Shown in pieces: positions 1-9,291 of a stretch of DNA of 64,000 nt. Made by a program: the position numbers and the translations under genes. Under the pieces are notes generated by a model that worked only from the letters and a program-made list of their open reading frames with translations, searched no databases and was not told where the DNA came from. This DNA is from Bdellovibrionales bacterium (GTDB taxonomy: Bacteria; Bdellovibrionota; Bdellovibrionia; Bdellovibrionales; UBA840): contig JBGCGH010000027.1 of NCBI GenBank assembly GCA_045110695.1, positions 20,219-84,218 on the forward strand, written 5' to 3'. How positions within the stretch are numbered: position 1 is the stretch's first letter; the number at the start of each line of letters is the position of its first letter.

Positions 1-311
1 GTATTTGGCAAGCTATAATTCGAAATCATACTTTTTCCGTAACAGAAATTCCGGAAATAGTTAAAATGTACTCAGCAGTTGAGATACCAAGCCTTATTCG
101 TTTGAGACTAGAGAATCTTGGAATGATAGTGGTTTCATTGGGCTTATTGATTCCATTTACTAAAATTCGAACTATTCGGTTTTTTGCAGAAGCAACAAGA
201 ATAGGTATTAAGCCAAATTTGGAAAAGGTTGTCGCCAATCAACAAGACCAACAAAGTTCTGTAGGAGACGCTTTGTCTGATTCCCTGGATATGGATATTT
301 CATTAGTTTAG
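1..311 (+). CDS. YjgN/DUF898-family inner-membrane protein, 3' part (5' end outside window)
   Basis: Frame is open from base 3. Contains SLGLLIPFTKIRTIRFF and an acidic end (DALSDSLDMDISLV). Sits directly before an M48 peptidase, the usual DUF898-M48 pairing. Confidence 0.7.
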   Translation, partial: IWQAIIRNHTFSVTEIPEIVKMYSAVEIPSLIRLRLENLGMIVVSLGLLIPFTKIRTIRFFAEATRIGIKPNLEKVVANQQDQQSSVGDALSDSLDMDISLV

Positions 312-312
312 T

Positions 313-1329
313 ATGATGACGATAACAGGAAAGCTCTACAAAAAATCCTCACTTCAATTTGAAGCTGTAGTCTGTCATTTTAGTAATGATAGACTATCTT
401 TCAAATTGAACGGGCAAGATATCAGCTTTAAGATTAATAACTTAGTCATAGAAAAGCCACTAGGAAGCCTTCCAAGAGAAATCAAACTACCCAATGAAGA
501 CATGATTAGTCTTGCTCACAGTAAAGAGCTAAGCAATATACTGGATCAAGGTAAAAACAATTTTGTCGATAATATCGAAAGAAATAAAGTTTTGGTTTTG
601 ATTACTGTTTTGGTCATCCCTTTGTTTTTCTATATAAACTTTTATTTTTTAATTCCGATAGTTGCGGAGAAAACAGCCCGCCTTCTTCCTCCAGAGATAG
701 CCAGTGATTTGAGTCAAAAAAATTTTGAGCAATTAGATGATGCCTTTATGAGTGAAAGCATTTTACCCGAACCTATGCGGGTTAGATTTAGAGCCAATTG
801 GGAAAAGAAAATAAGAAAAATAGGACTCGAACCTCAAAAATACACCATTTTTTTTCGAAATAGCCAGAAATTAGGAGCAAATGCCTTTGCTCTCCCCGAT
901 GGTAAAATTCTTATTACAGACCAATTTATCGAAGCCACTGATTTTAATTCTGAAAAGGTTTTTACAGTACTTCTCCATGAGGTTGGTCATGTTGAGGAGC
1001 TTCACACTTTACGTTCTCTGGCGCAAACGCTGGGAACCTCGCTTTTGATTGGCTTTATAATGGGGGATCTCTCGAACATATCTGACCTTATAGTTGGTGC
1101 CGGAGTCCAAATTCTACATGCCCAATACTCCCAAGATTTCGAGTGGGAGGCTGATAACTTTGCCTTAGAAAAGCTTGAGCTCCTAGGCATAGATTCACAT
1201 ATCTACGCTGAGACACTTTCAGACTTAAAACGCGCTACACAAGACAAAGGTCAACCTTCTAGCTTCTTCTCTACTCACCCTAAAATTCAAGAGAGAATCG
1301 ATAGCGCGCGAAAAAGATCGAATCAGTAA
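313..1329 (+). CDS. M48 family zinc metallopeptidase
   Basis: ANAFALPDG, HEVGH (HExxH), EWEAD and STHP motifs; one TM segment. Confidence 0.9.
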   Translation: MMTITGKLYKKSSLQFEAVVCHFSNDRLSFKLNGQDISFKINNLVIEKPLGSLPREIKLPNEDMISLAHSKELSNILDQGKNNFVDNIERNKVLVLITVLVIPLFFYINFYFLIPIVAEKTARLLPPEIASDLSQKNFEQLDDAFMSESILPEPMRVRFRANWEKKIRKIGLEPQKYTIFFRNSQKLGANAFALPDGKILITDQFIEATDFNSEKVFTVLLHEVGHVEELHTLRSLAQTLGTSLLIGFIMGDLSNISDLIVGAGVQILHAQYSQDFEWEADNFALEKLELLGIDSHIYAETLSDLKRATQDKGQPSSFFSTHPKIQERIDSARKRSNQ

Positions 1330-1955
1330 GTTGAAAAGAAATCTTTCAAAGTCTTATTTAAACCAAATGCATTCTCATAGGCATTTCTAAGCTCGTATTT
1401 GATTTCTTTCTGTTCTTTTTTAGAAATTTCTTGCTGCTGTTGCAGAGACTGTCTTCCGTATTTTGTAAGTAGTGACTGCTCTGGCAAAACTCCGTGTACC
1501 CAAAGCAGTCTGGTTAGGAACTTAATAAAAAGTGCTGTCGGGTCTTTTACTTTGTTTAATTCGGTCAGAAAGTTTCCCACTAAATGAAAAAGTTCTGTCG
1601 CCTCAAGCCCATCCTGTGTTGTAAACTCCGCAACTTGAAGAGAGTTGTACATAGCTTCAATTCTATCATAGGACTGCCTAATGCCGGTGAAATCCTTGAG
1701 TAAGCTAGCCTCAGCTAGTTCGTAGTTTTCTGAGTATTTTGATTTTGAGGTTCTAAACATGATGTAATTCCCAATTTCCAGAACACCACCTGAGAACCTT
1801 TTTTTGGAGTTCTTAGCCCCTCTAGCTTTAAAGGTTTTTTTCTCCCCGTTACTCAACAAAAAAGTAACAATGAGATCACTCTCACCAAATTCCACAGAGC
1901 GCATTACAATCGCCTTGTAGCTATAGCTAGGGTTAAGCAAGGTTGGCCCAACCAA
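1323..1955 (-). CDS. recO: DNA repair protein RecO (true start probably slightly downstream)
   Basis: AIVMRSVEFGESDLIVTFL...ARGAKNSKKRFSG is the RecO N-terminal OB-fold signature. Confidence 0.88.
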   Translation of the reverse strand: MVGPTLLNPSYSYKAIVMRSVEFGESDLIVTFLLSNGEKKTFKARGAKNSKKRFSGGVLEIGNYIMFRTSKSKYSENYELAEASLLKDFTGIRQSYDRIEAMYNSLQVAEFTTQDGLEATELFHLVGNFLTELNKVKDPTALFIKFLTRLLWVHGVLPEQSLLTKYGRQSLQQQQEISKKEQKEIKYELRNAYENAFGLNKTLKDFFSTY

Positions 1956-3270
1956 AAAGGAACAATAGCCCTAAGAGATCGATAGTAACAGTAAAAAGAG
2001 GGACAGAGCTAACAGCGGGATCAAATTTAGATTTATATAGTAGAATAGGAATCCAAGTACCCAAGAGCGAAGCAAAGTTCATCTGTAGCACCAGTGCAAT
2101 ACTCAATCTAAGAGACATCTCATTTAGCTCAAATACATTATCGAAGATCCAATAGGATACAAACGCAAAAATTATCGAAACAATAAAAGCCAAGCCAAGC
2201 TCGTTGATAACATACTTTTTAAAACCATTCTCAAACTTACCACTAGCAGCAAGAGAAACAGCAAATACAGTACTTTGACCTCCTGTAACTGCGCCCATGC
2301 TTAGTATTAATGGAATTGCACTAGCCATTGTTAGAAGCATGCCTTGACCATAATCTGCACCTAAAGATCGAACCAGTAGAAATGCAATCAAGCCTCCAAA
2401 AAAACTGAAGATCAACCAGGGAAAACGTCCCCTAAACTGGCCAGCAAAACTTTCGTCTTCTCCACCAATTCGCCCCATTGCTTTTAAATCTTCTACACTT
2501 TCTTCCCTTATTACATCGATGACATCATCAACAGTAATGATACCTTCGAGCTTATTGTCTCCATCGACAACAGGCAGGGATAGAAAATCATAGTGTTCTA
2601 CGATTTTGGCAACTTCTTCCTGATCTGTTGAAATATTGGCTGAAATCAGCTCTGTGGTCATAATGTTTCTAAGTTTTTCATATGGCTTGCTAAGAATTAG
2701 ATTTTTTAAGCTCAAAACACCCACCAGATGTTCGCTCTCGTCGATAACATAAACGTAGAAACTAATCAAAGTTTCTTCATCTTGATCTTGAATATCCTTG
2801 ATCGCCTCTTCTACTGTCAGGTTATAGTCCATAGCAAGGAAATCTGTATTCATTAAGCCACCGGCGGAATCCTCTGGGTAGCGCATCAAATCCGCTACTT
2901 CTTCGGAGTCTTCTCTTTGCATAGAACCTAAAATTTCTTCGGAAAATTCTTTTGGTAATCCTCCTAACAGATCAGCCGCATCATCACTTTCCATTTTAGA
3001 AACTAAGGATTTAACTTCCTGCTTGTCTAGCTGGGTAAGCAAATCCTTTTGTGTTTTTGCTTCGACATAACTCAATACCTCTGCCCTAGTTTCTTCCGAA
3101 GAAATCAACTGGAATATGTTAGATCTTTCTGCTCGATCCAATTCTTCTAGTAAAAGTCCTAAGTCTGGCGAATGAGTTTTATCCAAAATCCTGCGAATAT
3201 TTCTCCATGCGCCTCGTCGATACAATTTTCGCACACTACTAACTAATAGCTTGGTTCTAGATTCAAGCAT
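1933..3270 (-). CDS. mgtE: Magnesium transporter MgtE
   Basis: MESDDAADLL, YPEDSAGGLM, CBS pair (LPVVD...GIITVDDVID), RFPWL and DPAVSSVPLFTVTID TM motifs. Confidence 0.95.
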   Translation of the reverse strand: MLESRTKLLVSSVRKLYRRGAWRNIRRILDKTHSPDLGLLLEELDRAERSNIFQLISSEETRAEVLSYVEAKTQKDLLTQLDKQEVKSLVSKMESDDAADLLGGLPKEFSEEILGSMQREDSEEVADLMRYPEDSAGGLMNTDFLAMDYNLTVEEAIKDIQDQDEETLISFYVYVIDESEHLVGVLSLKNLILSKPYEKLRNIMTTELISANISTDQEEVAKIVEHYDFLSLPVVDGDNKLEGIITVDDVIDVIREESVEDLKAMGRIGGEDESFAGQFRGRFPWLIFSFFGGLIAFLLVRSLGADYGQGMLLTMASAIPLILSMGAVTGGQSTVFAVSLAASGKFENGFKKYVINELGLAFIVSIIFAFVSYWIFDNVFELNEMSLRLSIALVLQMNFASLLGTWIPILLYKSKFDPAVSSVPLFTVTIDLLGLLFLFGWANLA

Positions 3271-4270
3271 TTGAACTCTCCATAGATTTTTGATTATAAC
3301 TCAGATAAAATCCAGCCCCAACAAGACCCCATAACAACAACATCAGTTGAACAATGGTAATTCCAATAGAGCCAGCCATTGGGTCATCGACACCAACATA
3401 TGCAAAGAAACTGAATATAGCGGCCTGACCAATACCAATTCCAGCCGGTGCAATAGGTGCGGCAGCAACCATCATTGCTAGAGGTACCGCAAAATAACAA
3501 GCAGCAAAGTCAATCTGATCATTACCTAAGAAAACTGCAACCGCATAAACTACGCCAACTACTGCACTTTGAGCCATCATACTTAAACCTAGGGTTTGGA
3601 TATAGATCATTGGGCGCTTACCATAACTGGAAAAGGCCTCTAGAATTTTAACAAACTTTTCGCCTTTAGGTAAATTACTGAGTATTTGTTCAATTTTAAA
3701 AAGCTCGACAAGACGAGGACTCACGCTCAACAATACCAAAAATACGAAGCCGACTAAGATTCCCACGAGCACTAATGCCATACTCTGCAGTTCCCACTTT
3801 GAGAACAAAAGATCCCACTGACTTATCAATGCAGCCAAAGCTAAAAAGGCCATACTGGCAAAGCCAATAATTCTGTCCATTAAAACAGTAAATGCACTAG
3901 CTGTCTTTTTATCTGGATTTTCTTTTAACAAGTAAAAGGCCTTTACGATATCCCCGCCAACCCCGCCGGGCATAGCAAAGTTAAAGAAAATGCCAATTAG
4001 TCCCAGTTTAAACACGGGCCAAAACTTAATTTTTATTTCCTGACCGATCAGAAGAACATACCATCGGAGGTTTGTAAGAAGAAGGTTCGTCAAAACTAAC
4101 AAGCAACAAATTATAAAGCTAACTGGATTTAAAACTTCAATTGTTAGTTTTAAATCAAATTTACCACTCGTGCTTAACCAATAAATAAGTCCCGCCGCTA
4201 CAGCAAATTTAAAAAATGTAGTTAATATTTGTTTCAAAGAATTCCCCGAAGCCTGTACAACACCAAACAT
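3263..4270 (-). CDS. Lysylphosphatidylglycerol synthase TM-domain / UPF0104 flippase-like protein
   Basis: RW, GIFFNFAMPGGVGGDIVKA, DRIIG and PIAPAGIG motifs; multiple TM helices. Confidence 0.88.
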   Translation of the reverse strand: MFGVVQASGNSLKQILTTFFKFAVAAGLIYWLSTSGKFDLKLTIEVLNPVSFIICCLLVLTNLLLTNLRWYVLLIGQEIKIKFWPVFKLGLIGIFFNFAMPGGVGGDIVKAFYLLKENPDKKTASAFTVLMDRIIGFASMAFLALAALISQWDLLFSKWELQSMALVLVGILVGFVFLVLLSVSPRLVELFKIEQILSNLPKGEKFVKILEAFSSYGKRPMIYIQTLGLSMMAQSAVVGVVYAVAVFLGNDQIDFAACYFAVPLAMMVAAAPIAPAGIGIGQAAIFSFFAYVGVDDPMAGSIGITIVQLMLLLWGLVGAGFYLSYNQKSMESSNA

Positions 4271-4558
4271 AAATCTTCACGGCTAAATTGTCAGTATAGC
4301 TGCCTAGCATATAGTCGATAATTCAATGCGTTACCCTGGTAAAAATGCGTTTTAGGTGAATCTATGGACAAAATTTTGGCCCACATCTTGGATTCAGCTT
4401 AGCCCTATAAATTAATAATCGGTAGTAATATGGGGATGTATTTACAATTGGAAGCTTAGCCTGGCCACTCCCCCAGACTTCCATGGAGTTTAAAGGCCGA
4501 AAGACTGCTTTTACTTAAACACTTTGCTACTATTGGGTGTCACTAAAAGGAGATAATT

Positions 4559-4984
4559 ATGAACAAAGAAAAGGTCTTAGAATGTTTAAACGATATTCTA
4601 GAGCATGAGCTATCGGGAGTTGTAAGATACAGCCACTATTCATTTATGATATTCGGATATAATCGGATTCCCATTGTAAGCTGGTTTCGGGGCCACGCAA
4701 CCGAATCTTTAACTCATGCAAATGAGGTAGGCGAATTGATAACGACTCTAGGCGGGCACCCTTCCCTTAAAATCGGTGCACTACTTGAGACTCAACGCCA
4801 CACAATGGAAGATATTTTAAAAGAATCCTTAGAGCATGAGAGAAAGCAAGTTGAGAAGTATCAGGCTCTGTTGAACGAAGTAAAAGATCACTCCATTCAC
4901 TTGGAAGAGTATGCAAGAAAATTAATTGCAGAAGAGGAATTACATATTTCAGAAGTGGAAAAAATGCTAAGAAAACCAGCCTAA
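4559..4984 (+). CDS. Ferritin-like / bacterioferritin-family protein
   Basis: Diiron-type ligands ELS..., ESLTH, EHE, EEELH; strong RBS AAGGAG. Confidence 0.85.
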   Translation: MNKEKVLECLNDILEHELSGVVRYSHYSFMIFGYNRIPIVSWFRGHATESLTHANEVGELITTLGGHPSLKIGALLETQRHTMEDILKESLEHERKQVEKYQALLNEVKDHSIHLEEYARKLIAEEELHISEVEKMLRKPA

Positions 4985-5027
4985 GTTTCTTAGTCTTTAG
5001 CGAGATACAAATTAAAAAAGTCGTACT

Positions 5028-5060
5028 AAATACCTCCGAATTTATTCGGAGGTATTTTTT
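5028..5060. terminator. Probable bidirectional intrinsic terminator
   Basis: AAATACCTCCGAA-TTTA-TTCGGAGGTATTT perfect hairpin followed by T-run, between convergent genes. Confidence 0.85.
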
Positions 5061-5575
5061 TAGAAATGAGTGTCTATTAATTCCTTAAAGTTAGGGGTGT
5101 CTCCTGCATGATCATATTTATGGATCCAAGTAGTCTCACCATCAATGATCGAAAAAATACCCGGCATTTGCATACCGTCTCCATCTAATTTTCCCACACC
5201 ATGTTGCTTTTTTATCCCAGCCTTATAGCCTTCCATAATAACTTTAGGTCCAAATAGCTCAAGAAGCGAGCCTCTTTTAAGACCAAATTGGCTATAGATA
5301 CTTTTGTTTCGGTCGGAAATCCAAATAGCATTTTTAAATGGAAATTTTTCTTTCATTTTTTGTTCATGGAAGCCTTCACTCATGTGTACAAAGACAATTT
5401 GAACACCTAGCTCTTCTAGTTGATCTTCGTGGCGAATTAAATCTCCAAGAGTTTCTCGGCAAAAAGTACAGCCAGAGTGCCTAAGAAAGACCATCATCAC
5501 TTTCTTTTCCTTACTATAATCTAGTAGGCTTTTTTGTTTTCCCAGCTGGATGTTTTCTAAAACATTTTGAGTCAT
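5060..5575 (-). CDS. AhpC/TSA-like (peroxiredoxin-like, SelL-related) redox protein
   Basis: VFLRHSGCTFCRE CxxC motif and GDGMQMPGIF. Confidence 0.82.
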   Translation of the reverse strand: MTQNVLENIQLGKQKSLLDYSKEKKVMMVFLRHSGCTFCRETLGDLIRHEDQLEELGVQIVFVHMSEGFHEQKMKEKFPFKNAIWISDRNKSIYSQFGLKRGSLLELFGPKVIMEGYKAGIKKQHGVGKLDGDGMQMPGIFSIIDGETTWIHKYDHAGDTPNFKELIDTHF

Positions 5576-5589
5576 GACTACTCCTTTAG

Positions 5590-5961
5590 TTAAGTTTTTC
5601 TTTTTTTAGGAAGGTAGGGTCGGACCTCTATAAAAATCTTGTAGCCTAAATTTAACAACAGCTTAAAAGGTCCGAATTTAGCCAAAGGAACTAACTTATT
5701 CCAGTATGGCAAGGTCTTCCAAATTTCTACAAAAGCCTCAACCCCCGTTACCCAAGAGCCATCTGGCCTCTGGATGTGAAAGTATTTATTTAGATAAGCC
5801 TCATCAGGTGGAACGGATCCCGGGTCAAAATCAGTAGAACTGATATCGACCATTTCTAAATTGCAGTCTTTGTCGATTTTTCTATAGTGATCCATCTCCA
5901 GAGAGCAAACTACACAGTTTCCATCATAATATAATTTAGTCTTGTTTTTTGTGTCTTCCAT
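5590..5961 (-). CDS. DCC/DUF393 thiol-disulfide oxidoreductase
   Basis: LYYDGNCVVCS (DxxCxxC) and GVEAF..IW motifs. Confidence 0.88.
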   Translation of the reverse strand: MEDTKNKTKLYYDGNCVVCSLEMDHYRKIDKDCNLEMVDISSTDFDPGSVPPDEAYLNKYFHIQRPDGSWVTGVEAFVEIWKTLPYWNKLVPLAKFGPFKLLLNLGYKIFIEVRPYLPKKRKT

Positions 5962-6137
5962 ACTGTTTAAGATATCATAAACAATTTAAAAAATCTATAA
6001 ATTCAGTAGCCTTAGATAGCTTCTGAGACAATGAAGCTAGCTCTCCACCATAGTAAATTTATCTTATTTACAACCTTTTAAACGCTAAATTATTCCGAGC
6101 CCTTGAATGATTAAAGCTTAGGTAATAGGCTATCGAG

Positions 6138-6560
6138 ATGCAGTCCACTGATTATATTGATATCCTTCTCAGTCTTCAAAAACTAAGTGCCTTTGGGATG
6201 CTGGTTGTAATTTGGTTTGTTCAAATTCTTCACTACCCTAGCTTTCGCTTTATAGCGCGGGAAAAATTTGAAAGCTTTGAAAGTATGCATCAGCATCGGA
6301 TATCTTATATCGTTATTCCCCTCATGCTTACAGAACTAATACTTGCCAGCTACTTTTTGATTTTTACAAGCCATTGGCTCAGTCTCTTAAACCTATTCCT
6401 AGTGCTTTTTTTATGGATTTATACTTTTTTAGTCAGTGCTAAAATTCATGGAAAACTAAATGATTCTCACTCGATTGATTTAATCGAGAAACTCATCTCG
6501 ACAAATTGGCTTAGAACTAGTGTTTGGACGATAAAGTTTTTACTATTATTACTTTGGTAA
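6138..6560 (+). CDS. Hypothetical 4-TM membrane protein
   Basis: IWFVQILHYP...NWLRT motifs; hydrophobic segments. Confidence 0.7.
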   Translation: MQSTDYIDILLSLQKLSAFGMLVVIWFVQILHYPSFRFIAREKFESFESMHQHRISYIVIPLMLTELILASYFLIFTSHWLSLLNLFLVLFLWIYTFLVSAKIHGKLNDSHSIDLIEKLISTNWLRTSVWTIKFLLLLLW

Positions 6561-6641
6561 ATAAAAAAATATATAAACTAGAATAAACATCACTCACAAC
6601 TAAATTTGGTCCCAAAGAAGTCCGGACTCATTAGCTCCGCT

Positions 6642-7577
6642 TCAGCCTTTTGAAATAGCCTCAAGCTCATCAATCACTTCCTTCAGACTAGTATCAATAG
6701 CTTCAACTATAGAAGAATGGACAGTTACAAGCTCATAGAATTTCTCGTAGGAGTCTTTTAGATAGCTTAGATCTTTACTAGGTCCCCACTCACAAAGACT
6801 TGCTGAGGAGATCAATTCTGGATCGCATTTTGTTTTTTCAACAAGTAACTCTTTAATAGCAAAACCATCCATTCCAGACACATAGAAACAGACTCGATCC
6901 AGTGACATAGATGCAAATACTATTTTTTGTGCTCTTGGATCTGAAAATTGAAAATCTGAAGACAGCTTGCAAATCTCTTGAGATGATGATTTTAAACTCA
7001 TAACAGCTCGAACTTGTGCATGATCTGTTAAATCTAATTTTTGTAGCTTCTTACTACGAGACCCCATAAAACCAATGGCCAGATCTTCTGACTGGCTTGA
7101 GATTCGTATGTGGAACCCATCATGCTCACTTACTCTATCTGCCAATCGGGAAGAGATTCCCGAAAGCCTAATGCTATAAACTCTTTCTTTTGATATGTGA
7201 GCCAATAATTCGCTATAAGGAAAGATTTCTCCTGTAAAACCATCGTCTTCAGAAAAAAGGCAATAGCTTAAATTTGACTTTTCCTTACTAACAAACGTCT
7301 TTATCTCCTCAGTCTCTACCCAAGAGAATGTTTTTATCTCATAAGCTTCACCGGTCAAATATTCAATTGCAGACAATAGAAGCGAAGAGCCGCCCGTGAC
7401 AATGAGCACTTTCTTTTTATGAGGAAAAAGCTTTTCAAAGCCTCTTAGGCTCTCAGCAAGACCCATTGAGGCGGTAGAATAGAACCTTATTCTATATTTA
7501 TCATGAACTTCGAAATCTCTTTTGAAGTCATTCTCATATTGATCTAAAAACATATGCTTAGTCAAATTTGTCAGCAA
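6642..7577 (-). CDS. Hypothetical protein, degenerate class V aminotransferase / cysteine desulfurase-like
   Basis: C-terminal FYVSGMDGFAIKELL...ISSASLC resembles the IscS/NifS F.G.DGE.L...SSGSAC segment. No S.HK PLP-lysine motif is visible. Confidence 0.5.
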   Translation of the reverse strand: MLTNLTKHMFLDQYENDFKRDFEVHDKYRIRFYSTASMGLAESLRGFEKLFPHKKKVLIVTGGSSLLLSAIEYLTGEAYEIKTFSWVETEEIKTFVSKEKSNLSYCLFSEDDGFTGEIFPYSELLAHISKERVYSIRLSGISSRLADRVSEHDGFHIRISSQSEDLAIGFMGSRSKKLQKLDLTDHAQVRAVMSLKSSSQEICKLSSDFQFSDPRAQKIVFASMSLDRVCFYVSGMDGFAIKELLVEKTKCDPELISSASLCEWGPSKDLSYLKDSYEKFYELVTVHSSIVEAIDTSLKEVIDELEAISKG

Positions 7578-8028
7578 TATAGCCCCCCAAATTATTTTTT
7601 CTCGCCTTGTGAACTAGGTCTTCCGTTAAGCCTCTTCTTGACCTAGATAGGTCCATACTCTTATTTGAATAACTGAGAGCTTTAGTTTGGCAAATATCAA
7701 TACATTCAGAGCAAGATATACATGCACCATAATCTAACTCAAACTCCAACAGTCTCTCCTGGATATCAACACCGGTTGAAGTTCTTTTAAAATTATCATC
7801 TGCCTCTAAAGGGCGGGATTTAATTTTGATCGCTCCTGTCGGACATTGAACTTCACAGTCTCTACACACAGTGCACTCTGGAAATCTATTCTCAATTTTT
7901 TGACGAAAACTAGAGTAATGCTTTGCCTCAACGAAAGGGAACTCTTTGGTTATTGCCTTTTTAATCACGAGTTTTTGTAGCTTTTTAATATAAAATGAAA
8001 TTGTCTCTAACCGAAAAAACACTACCAT
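7558..8028 (-). CDS. NuoI-like 2x[4Fe-4S] ferredoxin (divergent paralog)
   Basis: CTVCRDCEVQCP and CISCSECIDIC, preceded by NuoI-like ITKEFP and followed by FELDYGAC. Confidence 0.85.
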   Translation of the reverse strand: MVVFFRLETISFYIKKLQKLVIKKAITKEFPFVEAKHYSSFRQKIENRFPECTVCRDCEVQCPTGAIKIKSRPLEADDNFKRTSTGVDIQERLLEFELDYGACISCSECIDICQTKALSYSNKSMDLSRSRRGLTEDLVHKARKNNLGGYIADKFD

Positions 8029-9017
8029 GCTCCTTGATTGAGATTAAGACCAAAAGAACTACAGGACAGTTTTACATCTAAACTAGTAGTGTTAGTAATA
8101 CGATTTAGATGAGGCTTAATTCTAGACCCAAAACTTGAAAAACGTATCTTCGAAGAATAAAAATAACAGTGTAGATCACCACTTGGAGCCTCTACCTTAG
8201 AAAAAGCAAATAATTCCCCAGGTATATGAAGATGCTCTACCTCTACTCTGTGGTCTCCTTCAGGTATATCCACTAGATCCTGGGACAATACCTCCACCTG
8301 CTTAACTAACCTAAAAAGCAATAAAAGCAATCTAACATAGGCATCATTTTTAAAATCAATATTGTATTTTTCTTTTGTCTTTAAATAAGATAAAAACTGA
8401 TCTCGATCAGAATCATTTTCTAAAAATTTAAAAAATCCGGATTGAAATTGTGTTTTTTCTACATAATTTGGAATGACTAATTGGTCTTTGAGAATAGATT
8501 CTAAAAAAGGATCACCAACGATAAAACTAGATATCTGCTCCATCTCTTCAGTTAGTTTCTTTAAATTTAACCTTAAACTACTCTGACCACCAAAGCTCAA
8601 GTCTTGTGTTACACCACCAATACATATTAGCTGCGCAAGACTTCTATGCCCTCCCCAATAGTCTAAGATATCGTAGGGAAACTCCATTGCACTATCTAAG
8701 GCTGCAACCAAAGAATGGTCTTCTAGGCATTGAAAATGCGATCTTAAAGTTTGAAGATTCCATAAGACCTCTTGAACACCTAGAGCAATTTTTCTAAGCC
8801 TCTGACCACGTCTCGCCACTACATATTCTGAAATCTGTTCATATACTTTCGCAACTGCTAGCTGATAAGATAAAGATTCTTTTGCATTTATACGAGCGGC
8901 CCATTGTGTTTGAAAGAAAGGGCTCATAGACTCCAACTGCTTATAAAAATCGATAGAGCCTAATTCGAGATATTTTTTTAAGTCTGAGTCACTCGATAGA
9001 TCAATACCACTAAGCAT
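8022..9017 (-). CDS. Divergent NuoD / hydrogenase-large-subunit-fold protein
   Basis: Colinear with NuoD: ARRGQRLR, GGHR, IGGVTQDL, NDAYVR, IPEGD, VEAPSGDL. Quinone-site and NiFe ligand motifs are absent. Confidence 0.75.
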   Translation of the reverse strand: MLSGIDLSSDSDLKKYLELGSIDFYKQLESMSPFFQTQWAARINAKESLSYQLAVAKVYEQISEYVVARRGQRLRKIALGVQEVLWNLQTLRSHFQCLEDHSLVAALDSAMEFPYDILDYWGGHRSLAQLICIGGVTQDLSFGGQSSLRLNLKKLTEEMEQISSFIVGDPFLESILKDQLVIPNYVEKTQFQSGFFKFLENDSDRDQFLSYLKTKEKYNIDFKNDAYVRLLLLLFRLVKQVEVLSQDLVDIPEGDHRVEVEHLHIPGELFAFSKVEAPSGDLHCYFYSSKIRFSSFGSRIKPHLNRITNTTSLDVKLSCSSFGLNLNQGAW

Positions 9018-9291
9018 GTTGCCCCCAGTTCAATTGACACTTTTTTTTAAATGAATCAATATCCTTAGGACGTAAATGGATAAAAACATTTTCTCGACTT
9101 TCTAAATCTACAAAATGCAACAACAGCTCCATTCCTTTTTCGAAATATATATTCGAATAGCTCCACTTATCTCCAAGCACAGGTAATATATGAGTATTAA
9201 AGTCTTCCTCTAGAAGGTTATAGACTCTTTGATCACCAAATATGTCACGAGATTTTTGATCTATTGAATTCAGTCGCTCAAAAATATTCAT
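9010..9291 (-). CDS. Small hypothetical protein at the NuoC position (possible truncated NuoC-like)
   Basis: 93 aa, overlaps both neighbours. ELLLHFVDLESRENVFIHL resembles the NuoC beta strands; the ERE...GHP motif is missing. Confidence 0.5.
   Translation of the reverse strand: MNIFERLNSIDQKSRDIFGDQRVYNLLEEDFNTHILPVLGDKWSYSNIYFEKGMELLLHFVDLESRENVFIHLRPKDIDSFKKKCQLNWGQHA

Noticed and set aside
5060-5575. Selenoprotein (SelL-like) with TGA read-through
   Set aside because: The motif is a plain CTFC in an uninterrupted ORF.
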